The notes beneath the pieces are model-generated. The model saw only the letters and a program-made list of their open reading frames with translations. It was not told the DNA's origin and did not search any database. A program made the translations under genes and the position numbers. DNA of 64,000 nt from Lama guanicoe (taxonomy: Eukaryota). The stretch spans positions 398,773 through 462,772 of the forward strand of contig MU054122.1 in NCBI GenBank assembly GCA_013239625.1. Direction: 5' to 3'. Positions 39,679 to 50,655 of the stretch are shown here, piece by piece. Numbering within the stretch: position 1 is the first letter of the stretch; each line of letters starts with the position of its first letter.

Positions 39679-42122
39679 ATACATCAAAGGATTATTATGA
39701 GGATCAAATGAGACGTGTACATAAGGCAACAAGCTTGATGTTTGACAAAATAAACCCTCAGTGAATGGGACTTATCAAGGGCTAACTCTTCAACTTATTT
39801 TGCTTTGCTCAAAATATTTAGTATATAAGAGATGCCTAATATATACTTGTTGACTTGAAGTGATTACAGGCTCGAGGACAAAAAACATAAAGTTGCAGTG
39901 AAATTACAACCTCATTTTCCTGACCTGAGAGGGATTTTTTTTTAATGCTGTTAAAAGAAGCAATTCTTCCCATAGCAGTCTATCAAATTCTAAAATTTAT
40001 CTTGGTGAGAAATCAGATTGTGCAATTGATTTAATTCTTGCCTTCTCAGCTAAGTCAAAGGTAACAGAACTGTAAGGAGCTGTATTCTGTAAATAATAGT
40101 TAATTCAGGAAATGATGGTTACTGTCTAGCAAATATGGGATATGGATAATACAGTGATCCATGTCTATCCCAACCTTCACCGCAACTCTGAAGTAAGTGA
40201 GGTTTATTCCCTCTTCCTCTACTCTTCCAAACTCTCTCCAAGATCTAGGCTTGTCACTGTCATCCCCTATCCACTACTGTCACATACTACATCTCATCAT
40301 GTACAGTCAAAGACCCTACAAAGGAATTTTTGTACCTAAACTATTTAAAATGTTTTTTCTAGAGACGAAATCCCACCTGGAATGTTGGGCTATATGGATC
40401 CCAAGTAAGAAAGGCTTTCATTCATAAAATCCCATTGGATTAAAACAATCCCTAGTTTCTCATCTACCTTGTCACAGCTGGTGCAAGAGATAAGACCAAG
40501 TGACTGGTGAGGCGTGACTGGTGGGGCTTGCCTGGTTTCTAATCCGTGAAGTCCTCATCTCCCCATAGACGATGCAAAGACACCACGGCAGGCATCTTAC
40601 TTAGAAGCACTCTGAAGAGCACTAGCTCCACCGGCGACAGCGTCCTAATGTCTGTGTTCCATGTCTGATCAATGGTCTTTATCTCATTTCCAAGTTAGAA
40701 TATCTGCCTACAATATAAGCTTTTCTTGGACAAGGTCCTGCCTTGCTTCTGCTAATCACCTGCTTGGAAAATTCTTAAAAGAAGTGTCTGGAGGTCTTAC
40801 TATTTATGATAGACTTCCCTAACTCTAAGGGCCCACAATTAAGGCTCCAAATATTAACTGTGTCAGTGTTCTCCCTCACCAAGGCTGCTAGCCTTTTGGG
40901 CCATCTAACACTCTTTCCAGATCCCCCAACTTATAGCTTCCCTGGCGCTTTGTTGATAGCCTGTCCTCTGCCCCGACATGGACTTTCCCCAGCGTCCGTC
41001 CCATCCAGTGGATGAGACTAGTAAGTCATGTGGAATGAAGTACAGTAATGTGAGGATGAAAACCCCAGTTTTTAGATGGTTCTATTTTACAGTTATAACA
41101 TGACAAATTAAGTATGCAAATTTCTTTGCTTCTTAAACTGTTCCTTAGAGGAAAAAGAGGCTTGAAAATATCTGTAAAATGAGGTGAAAGGACATAGCTT
41201 TCGGCCATCTGAGCAATGATTTCCCTGCTGAGAAAAGGGCAAACAGCAAATACTTTCCATTTCATTTAGTACGAAAGATACAGAAACTGTGACTTTTTAA
41301 TTAATCCCTAAACCACTGTCCAAAAATTCTCTTGGCTCTAGGGCAATCTTTTAATAGAATCAAAAACAAAAAGAAAAACAAAAACAAAAACAAAGAAGAG
41401 AGGATGATGAAACAGAAAGAAACACTTTTTAGCCAAAGACTCATCTCATGCTTGTTTTTAATTCAAGGACTCTCTAAGGAGTGGGGGTGGGGAAAAAGGG
41501 TAAATTGTTAAGATCCATGGTCCTTTTCCATTGGGAGAAACTCTGGGAGATAATGAGACAGAAATGCTTGGCAGGTCTCCCCAAGGACAAGCCAGCAAGC
41601 TTCAAGTGGCAGCTCCAAAAGTACAACTGTAAGTTTCTTAGATTTCTCACCCATTAAAATTCCAGGAAAAGGAGGCTGATTTTGCAAGTGGCCAGCTCTA
41701 ACTTCCTACTACATGTGCCTCTTGCAAAATGACAAGAGGAGGATTATATGACAAGAACACTTGAACAGTCATACCAGTTTTTTTCTGGTACTCGTTGACA
41801 TTTGGAAAATAGATATTACCTTGAGATGTTTGCAAAGTTTTGTTTTCAAATAATTAATTTGACTTTTAAGGACAAAAGGTACTATTTGAAATTGTTACAA
41901 AGGGTACTACCAACGCTGTTAGCATAAGAGATACTGTTGTACCGGGTGGTTCTGCTCTGCCTTGTGGAATATGTGTAAAGAGGCATATTATTTAGAAAGG
42001 ATTGGCATTGGTACATTGAAGAACCAATGAAAATGGAAAGAAAATCTGCCCAAGTCAGGCTAAATAATTGGGAGAGGAGGTAAAGCATGGTGTTGATCAC
42101 CAGTGAAAGTGATAACGTGCTA

Positions 42123-42623
42123 TGTGCATCATTTCTTAAGATGGCCGCCAACAATTCCTCCCATCCGTGCACATGGAGGCCATTCCTTTGATCAACAGGT
42201 AGCCTATATTCCCCTGCCTCTTGAATCTGGGCTGCCTAATGGCTTGCTTTGACCAAGAGAAAAGTCAAAGCTTTAAAAGATCTTGTAGCTTCCACTATCA
42301 TCCTTCTTAAAAGCCAGCCACCACGTAAAGAAGTTCAGGCTAGCCTGTCATAAACACAATGAAAGACCCAATAGGGAAAGAGAAGCCAGCCAGCCCCAGA
42401 CATTCGTCACCAGCTAAGATACTGGAGGTGTGAAAGGAGCCATTTTACAGATTCTAGTCCCAACAGAGATCCCAGCTGAATGCGGCCACATGAGTGAACG
42501 CAGCTAACACCATCTAGGGCAGAAGGACACCCCAACTGAGCTCAAAGAACCCACAGAATCATGACACATAATAAGTGGTTGTTGTTTTAAGGTAGTTTTG
42601 AGTAATAGGTAGATAACTGAAAC
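42123..42623 (+). mobile_element. MLT1 solo LTR
   Basis: AAGATGGCCGCCAACAATTCCTCCCATCC..CTTGAATCTGGGCTG..GATAACTGAAACA. Confidence 0.75.
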
Positions 42624-42717
42624 AGATTCTCTGTCCCCCATGACAATGAAGAGATAGTCTGGCAACATATATGCCTTGACTGGTGAGTAAACTAGATATG
42701 TGAGCATTTTTTGTATT

Positions 42718-42808
42718 TTTTTGTCTTAGTGGAGGTACTGGGGATTGAACCCAGGACCTTGTGCATGCTAAGTATGCTCTCTACCCCTGAGCTGCAACCC
42801 CACTCTCA
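42718..42808 (-). mobile_element. Vic-1-type SINE
   Basis: GGAGGTACTGGGGATTGAACCCAGG..; perfect TSD CATTTTTTGTATT at 42705-42717 and 42809-42821. Confidence 0.9.
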
Positions 42809-44069
42809 CATTTTTTGTATTAACAAGCAGGTTTCTGGAAGGAGGGCAGAACAGCTATTACAATATAAGCAACAACAAAGCTGATGCCAGTTCTGGCAGG
42901 ATGAAGAAAAGGCAGACAAACTGGGACTGAGCTGAGAGATTTTCCTGACACTTGTAACCTCAGGCCATTCGTGGAACCCCAGAAACCTAAGTGATACAAC
43001 ACAGAAACAGTTGTGAGAGAATTGGATAAATATGCCAATCTACTGACAGATAGACAGATGATAGACAAACAGACAGATAGACAGATTTCCCAGAGTGCTG
43101 GGAAAAGAAGTGGAAAATGGTCCCCAACATATTCCAGGAAACTAATTTCCTGGAGGAAGGCAAAGTAACAAATACATTGATTAATACTAATGTTGAATCC
43201 ATAGACCTTCCTTGTGAAAAAGAACTCCCAGGCCATGATCTTGCCAAGTTAGGAGCTAAACAAACAGCAACCTTATCTCAAAATTGAAGAGAATTCTTCC
43301 ACAGAAAGGATAACTACAAATGAAATGTATCAGAAGCTTTGCAGTCAGAAAGCCCTGTCTTCTCCCTTCCTTATGCTACAACATTCTATAGGCAATCAAG
43401 TGATAAACAAATTAACGCATCAAAGTTCCCTAGACACTGCTAAGATAATAAAAACTGTGTCTTATGAGGACATAAATTTCATTCAGTAATGAGATAAAAT
43501 ATAATAACTGAGAAGTCTGCTATTTCAAAACATCAGACAAAAGAATCAGTATTTTCATGACAGAAATCTTCAAAAGTGATAGAAAGAAATTGCATATTAA
43601 GTAACTCTAGTTAAAATAGTCTGTATAAATTTTTTTTTAAAGTTTGGACTGGCATTATTACCTCCTAATTTTTGTACCTAGATCAGCTTCTTGATAAACC
43701 AACTTAATTGTGTATGTACTTGGTATTTATTATAGTATAGATATTTAAATATTAGCCTATTAAATTGCTCATGATTTCCAGATATTTCCATTACTAAACT
43801 ATCAAAAGCATATGTTTAATTTCTAGTATTTCTTTAAGGGTTTTCATAATTTTCCTTTTCCTTTCTTTGTGTACTGGTAAATGAATCCATCAGGTAGAAA
43901 CACCTGTTCAGAAAAGACACTGAAGTACGTATTATAATTGGATGAGAAAAAACAAAGTAATGACAACCTTATTTGTTCTTAATTCTTTAACTTTTCATCC
44001 TTACTGTTTCCAGAGTATGACTGTTCTTATGAGAATATCTTAGTCTAAGGAATCAAAACATAACAAAAA

Positions 44070-45788
44070 CATATCAAAATTCCAATGGCTTTTTCACAGA
44101 AAAAGAAGAAGTAATCCTAAAATTTGAAGGGAATCACAAAAAAACCCCAAATGGCCAAAATAATCTTGAGAAAGAAGGATACAGCTGGAGGCACCATCCT
44201 CCCTGACTTCAAACTATATTACAAAGCTATAGTAATCAAAACAGTATGCTATCAGCATTCGAAAAACACATAGACACATAGATCAATAGAACAGAATAGA
44301 GAACCAAGAAATAATCCCACACATACATAGTCAATTAATTTATGCCAAGGGAGCCAAGAATATACAATGGGGAAGGACAGTCTCTTCAACAAATGGTGTT
44401 GGGAGAACTGGACAGCCACACTCAAAGGGATGAAACTGGACTGCTATCTTACACCATACACAAAAACCAACTCAAAATGAATGAAATACTTTAACATAAG
44501 GTCTGAAACCATAAAACTCCTGGAAAGAAACATAGGTGGTAAATTTCTTGACATCTTTTTGGCAATAGGTTTTTTTTTTAATTGGACACCAAAAGCCAGG
44601 GCAACAAAGAAAAAATAAAGTGGGACTATGTCAAAATAAGAAGCTTCTACACAGCAAAGGAAGCCATCAACAAAATAAAAAAGCAACCTACCAAATCAGA
44701 GGAGATATTTGTAAATCACATATCTGATAAGGGGCTAATATCTGAAATAAATAAGCAACTCATACGACTTACTAACAAAAAACAATCAATTAAAAAACAT
44801 GGACAGAAGAATTGAATAGGCTTTTTCCAAAGAGGACATACAAATGGTCATCAGGTACATGAAAAGATGTTCAATACCAGTAATCATCAGGGAAATGCAA
44901 ATCAAAATCACAAGGAGATATCACCTCACACTTATTAGAATGGTTATTATTTAAATATTGAAAAACAAGAAATAACAGGTGTTCGAGAAGATGTGAAGAA
45001 AAGGAAACCTTTGTGCACTGTTGGTGGGAATGTAAATTGGAGTAGCCACAATGGAAAACCATATGGAAGGTCCTCAAAAAATTAAAAATAGAACTACCAT
45101 ATCATCCAGCAATCCCATTTCTGGGTATTCATCCAAGGAAAACAAAAAACACTAATGCAAAAAGACACATGCACCCCCATGTTCACTGCAGCATTATTTA
45201 CAACAGCCAAGATCTGGAAGCAACCTAAGTGTCCATCAGTGCATAAATGGATAAAGAAATGTGGTATGCATGTGTGTGCGTGTGTGTGCGTGCGCACTGC
45301 AAGGGAACATTATTCAGCCATAAAAAATAAGTAAATCTTGCCATTTGTGGACAACATGGATTGACCCTGAGTGCATTATGCTAAGTGAAATAAGTCAGAA
45401 AGGAAAAGACATATACCATATGATCTCATTTATATGTATAATCTAAAAAACAAACCAACAAACAAAATCTGAGCTTATGGTCAAAAGGTATAAACCTCTA
45501 GTTAAATAAGTCGTTCCTGGGGATGTAATGTATAGCACGGTGATGATAGTCCATACTAGTGTATTGCATATTTTAAAGTTGCTAAGAGAAGATGTTAAAA
45601 GTTCTTATCACAAGAAAATAAACTTTTGTAAATATGTATGGTGTTAGATGTTAACTAGTTACTATAAGTGAAGAGGCTATTTCACAGTATATATAAATAT
45701 TGAATCCTTTTGTTGTACACCTGAAATTATGATATAATTATATATTATGACATAATGATATATGTCAGCTATATCTCAATAAAAAAGA
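44070..45788 (+). mobile_element. L1 (L1MA-like) ORF2 3' part + 3'UTR, degenerate
   Basis: ORF 44582-44815 ([40 protein letters not shown]) is L1 ORF2p; ends CTCAATAAAAAA. Confidence 0.92.
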
Positions 45789-45999
45789 TATTCATCATAA
45801 CAATATGTATAATAGTAGCAATTTGGAAACAGAATGTTCAGCAATGGAGATGGCTAAGTAAATTATGGCATATCTATCCAATGGAACATAACAGTCAATC
45901 ATATGTTCATTAAGTGTTTTAAATTATCTTAGAAAATGTTTATGTCTTGCTATTGTATGATAAATAAATAAACCCTTCCCCCTTGGTAACCATAGCTTT

Positions 46000-46400
46000 C
46001 ATATTAAGTGAAGTAAGTCAGACAAAGAAAGACAAATATCATATGATACCATTTATGTGTGGAATCTAAAAAAAAATGATACAAATCTTATTTACAAACC
46101 AATACTAGACTCACGGGCATAGAAAACAAACTATGATTACCCAAAGGGGAAAGGGTTAGGGAGGGATAAATTAGGAGTTTGGGATGAACAGATGCACATT
46201 ACTATATATAAAACAGATAAACAACAAGGACCTACTGTATAGCACAGGAAACTATATTCAATTTCTTGTAATTTACATGTAATAGAAAAGAATCTGAAAA
46301 AAATAGATATGTATGTTTATAACTGAATTGCTTTGCTGTACACCTGACACTAACATTATAAATCAACTACACTTCAATAGAAAACAAAATTTTAAAAATA
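46000..46400 (+). mobile_element. Young L1 3' end
   Basis: AAGTGAAGTAAGTCAGACAAAGAAAGACAAATATC..TGCTGTACACCTGACAC..ACTTCAAT with an A-rich tail. Confidence 0.85.
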
Positions 46401-47234
46401 GATGAGCTTTTTTCGTACTCTTTAAAATAAACTTGAAGAGAAGAAGGTCCTTTGGAGGACAAGCTTCAACTCGATCAGATCTGCAGTCCATCAGAGGAGT
46501 GACCATGCATTTTTTCAGCCTGCCTCTCCTGATTGTTGCACTGCTGATATGACTCACTGTCACTTTGGAAAGCATCTATTATGGTTTGAATTTCTGCACC
46601 TGTTTCTGGAAGTTGCAGAGGAGAATGTGAATTAATTTTGGATTATTGGTACTGCTACAAAGGACTGGAAAATGGTTTGCAATATTTTTAAACGATGGCT
46701 AATACAAAATTACTTGTAAAACAAGTCTTAAGTATATTTTAAATCCTAGATTGGAGTCCGCCTTTATTCCCCAATCTGGGTACCACTTCCAAGTCTATAC
46801 ATACTCATAGAATTCAAATTAATTATACCCATCCAAAGAAGATTTTTAGTAGCATGACGATCTTGTGACCTTCAGATATAAATAAAGGTGTCTGTAATTT
46901 TCAAAGTAATTACTCAAATACTCTCTTGCCCAGAATTGTGGAAGAATTCTGGAATTTTCTTTGTTCTCAAGAGGCCAGTCTGGCTTCCAAGTAGCAGGGG
47001 GAGAAAAACTATGGATCTGATCCATCCCTACTTCTTCGCCATTGCTTTTGTGGTTGCCAGAGAGCTCTTTAAAGACCACATGCCACAGTCATTGTTCACA
47101 TGAGCCCATGGGTGACCCAGATCTTCCTCAGGACATAAGTTTTCTTAAAATGAGAGAGATCCCTTTCCCTTTATGGTGTGTCACCGTGGGGCCTCTTATG
47201 AATGTAGTTACATTATTTGCATTCATGTGCTAAG

Positions 47235-47500
47235 TCATTAAAGACTTGATTTTTTTTAGAGCAGTTTTAGATTCACAGCAAAATTGAGAAAAAGGTACAG
47301 AGAGTTCCCTATACTCCCTGCCCCGCCCCACACACACCCTCCTGCATCATCAACATCCCCCACCACAGTGAACCTGCACTGATACAGCATCATCACCCAA
47401 CCCAAGATTTATAGTTTACATCAGGGTTCACTCTTGGTGTTTCACATTCTATGGGCTTGGACAAAAGTATGATGACATCTATCCATCAGTATAGAAACAG
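47235..47500 (-). mobile_element. L1MC-like 3'UTR fragment
   Basis: TTTAGAGCAGTTTTAGATTCACAGCAAAATTGAG..GTACAGAGAGTTCCC. Confidence 0.75.
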
Positions 47501-48509
47501 CTTTCCAAGGGGACGGAAGAGGAGGAGCTGGACAGGGCAGGTGTGTGGTGCTGCTTTTGCCCTGGGCCCCTGGAGAGGTGGGTAGGAGCTCAAATAGATC
47601 TGACTTAGATGGATGTGTACCAAGACACCAAGCTGAGCACAGGAGACTGGTAGCTGCCCAGCAGGTATCACTGAAAAACTTTGGGATCCATGCCATGTGC
47701 AGATGCTCTTGAGAGGTCATAGCCTAAGAGCAGGGGATCTGGAGCAGGACCTCAAGATGGGCACTCTGGCTCTGCCACTTCCTAGCTGTGGAGCTTGAGC
47801 AAGCTGCATAAACTCTCTGTGCCATAGTTTTCTCAAGTGTAAAATGGAAACAGTCATGTTCACTTCACAGGGTTGTTAAGTGTGCATTCAAAGAGGAAAA
47901 TTCCTAGAAGATGGGAAATTCCTAGAACAACACGTGGCGGAGAATAAAGACCCGATGGGAGAACTCTGACTGGGACCTCTCCCATTGTCGCTAGCACCAT
48001 CAATGTTATTATTTACAGTGTTCCTTATCATTAGGATAATACACCAGGGTGGGAAGAGTAGATAATGCTTTTCAAAGTAAACACCAACTACTTCAATGAG
48101 TCACCATTTAGGATGACATATATCATGACTCTTTTCCACTAAGAGGCTGTATTAAGCAGGGGTCTCCAAAGAAACAGGACCAATAGGCTCTGTGTGCATT
48201 GTGGGTGTGGAGAGAGAAGGGGAGAGAGAAATAGAGGAACAGAGAGACAGACAGATTTATTTTAAGGGATTGGCTCACATGATTGTGGGGTCTAGTAAGT
48301 CCAAATCCTATAGAGTAGGCAGACCAGCAGGCTGAAAACCCAAGGAAAAGTTGATGTTGCAACTTTAGTCCAAAGACAATTTAGAGATAGAATTCTCTCT
48401 TCCCCAAGAAACCTCAGTCTTTTTCCTCTTAAGGCCTTCAACTGATTAGATGAGGCTCACCCACGTTATGGAGGGTAATTTGCTTTACTCTAAGTCTACT
48501 GATTAAGAG

Positions 48510-49900
48510 CGACCCCCCCGCCCCGCCCCGCCCTGCGGCTCGCTGCCCCCACCCGGCGCGATGCTTGGCCGCGGACCCGCGCTCTCCCCGCCCCCGCGTC
48601 CCCGGAGGCTCGGTGGCCGCGGGAGCGGGAGGTGGAGCCGAGCCCGCGGAGCGGGAGCGGCCGGTGGCGGGAGCGGTGGGAGCGGCGGGAGCCGGCCGGC
48701 AGCGTCTCGCGATTCCTTTCCATCTCAAGGAGAGAAGCCAAGGTGTTTTTATCCGGTAGAAGAATGGTGTAGTTTCATCGTAACCTTCTTACACGTCCAG
48801 GTCCGCACTGCGCTGCTGTCCGTCCGCAAGGCTATGATGGGAATGTGTGTGAAACCTTGGAGGGTTCCCCTGACTCGTCGCCTCTGCCCTCAAGTTCATC
48901 CTTTGGAGGTCGGGAAGCCGCGCCCGGTGGTGCCGGACTCGCAGGGGCAAGACGCGGTGTAGACGGAAATGGATAGAGCGGCTCCGGGGGCCCACCCACG
49001 TGCTGCCCGTAGCCTCGTCCAGGACCGCCCGTGGCCGGCCGGGCGTCCTGGGATGATCGCCGCCGGTGCTGCCGCAGGGCCGACTCCGGAGTGAGGATGG
49101 CTCGCCGGGGGCTGCTGGCCTGGGTCTCGCGGGCAGTGGTCTTGCTCGCGCTCCTCTGCTGCGCGGTCTCCGTGCTCTACATGCTGGCCTGCACCCCGAA
49201 GGGCGACGACGAGCAGGGGGGCTGCCGCGGGCCGGCGGCCCCACCGGGAAGGAGGCGGCCCTGCAGGGCTGGGAGCATCAGCAGCAGCAGCGCGGCTGCA
49301 TCGGCAGCCTCAAGAGGCAGATCGCGCAGCTCCAGGAGGAGCTGCAGGAGCGCGGCGAGCAGCTCAGGGGCGCGCAGCGCCTGGCGGGCGCCCATCCGGG
49401 AGGGCCCAGGCCGACCTGCTGGCCTTCCTGCGCTCGCAGGTGGACCGCGCCGAGGTGCACGCCGGCCTCGAGCAGGCCACCGAGTACGCCGCCATGCCCT
49501 TCGACAGCTTCACCCTGCAGAAGGTGTACCAGCTGGAGACCGGCCTGACCCGCCACCCGGAGGAGAAGCCCGTGCGGAGGGACAAGCGGGACGAGCTGGC
49601 GGAGGCCATCGAGGCGGAGGCCATCACAGCCCGGCCGAGGGCAGCCCCCACCAGCGCCCCTACACGGCCGCGGACGTCATCGAAGGGATCTACCGCACAG
49701 AAAAGGGCAAAGGCACTCTGTACGAGCTCACGCTCCGAGGGGACCACAAGCACGAGTTCAGACGCCTGGTCTTGTTCCGGCCGTTCGGCCCCATCATGCA
49801 GGTGAAGAACGAGGAGCTGAACATGGGCAGCACGCTGGTCAACGTCATCGGGCCGCTGGCCAGGAGGGTGGACAAGTTCTGCCAGTTCATGCACAACTTC
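48510..49900. promoter_or_regulatory. CpG island carried by the retrocopy, with tandem GC boxes at its 5' end
   Basis: Very dense CpG and GC against an AT-rich background; CCGCCCCGCCCCGCCC (GGGCGG x3 on the minus strand) at ~48518-48533. Confidence 0.75.
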
Positions 49901-50655
49901 AGGGCGATGTGCATTCAACAGGACGGGAGAATTCATCTCACCGTCGTTTACTTTGGAAAAGAAGAAATGAACGAGGTCAAAGGAATCCCTGAAAACACGT
50001 CCAAAGCCACCAACTTAAGGAACTTCACCTTCATCTAGCTGAACGGAGAGTTCTCGCGAGGGAAGGGACTGGACGTGGGTGCCCGCTTCTGGAAGGGGAG
50101 CAACGTGCTGCTGTTCTTCTGCGACGTGGACATCTGCTTCACCTCCAGGTTCCTCAACACGTGCCGGCTGAACGCGCAGCCAGGGAAGACGGTATGCTAC
50201 CCGGTCCTTTACAGTCAGTACAATCCGGAGATAATATATGACCACCACGATGTGGTCCCTCCCTTAAAGCAGCAGCTGGTCTTCAAGAAGGAAACCAGAT
50301 TCTGGAGAGACTTCGGGTTTGGGATGACGTGCCAGTACCGGTTGGACTTCATCAACACAGGGGGCTTCGACCTGGACATCAGGGGCTGGGGCGGCGAGGA
50401 CGTGCACCTGTACCGCAAGTACCTGCACAGCAGCCTCCTGGTGGTGCGCGCGCCCGTGCGCGGGCTCTTCCACCTCTGGCACGAGAAGCGCTGCGTGCAG
50501 GAGCTGACCCCCGAGCAGTACAGGATGTGCATGCAGTCCAAGGCAAGGCCATGAACGAGACGTCCCACGGGCAGCTGGGGATGCTGGTCTTCCGGCAGGA
50601 GATCGAAGCCCACCTCCGCAAACAGAAGCAGAGGACAAGCAGCAAGAAAACATGA
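49097..50655 (+). pseudogene. CSGALNACT1: Disrupted CDS of the CSGALNACT1 retrocopy
   Basis: ATG 49097 to native TGA 50653-50655. Frameshifts near 49217, ~49400 and ~49625. Premature TAG 50036-50038 at a Gln position. A 5-bp CAAGG duplication at 50539-50548 shifts the last ~35 codons out of frame. Confidence 0.94.

Noticed and set aside
44070..45788. Active L1
   Set aside because: 5'-truncated, with many stops and frameshifts.
49097..50655. Functional CSGALNACT1 gene
   Set aside because: Intronless, with poly(A), TSD, four frameshifts and a premature stop.
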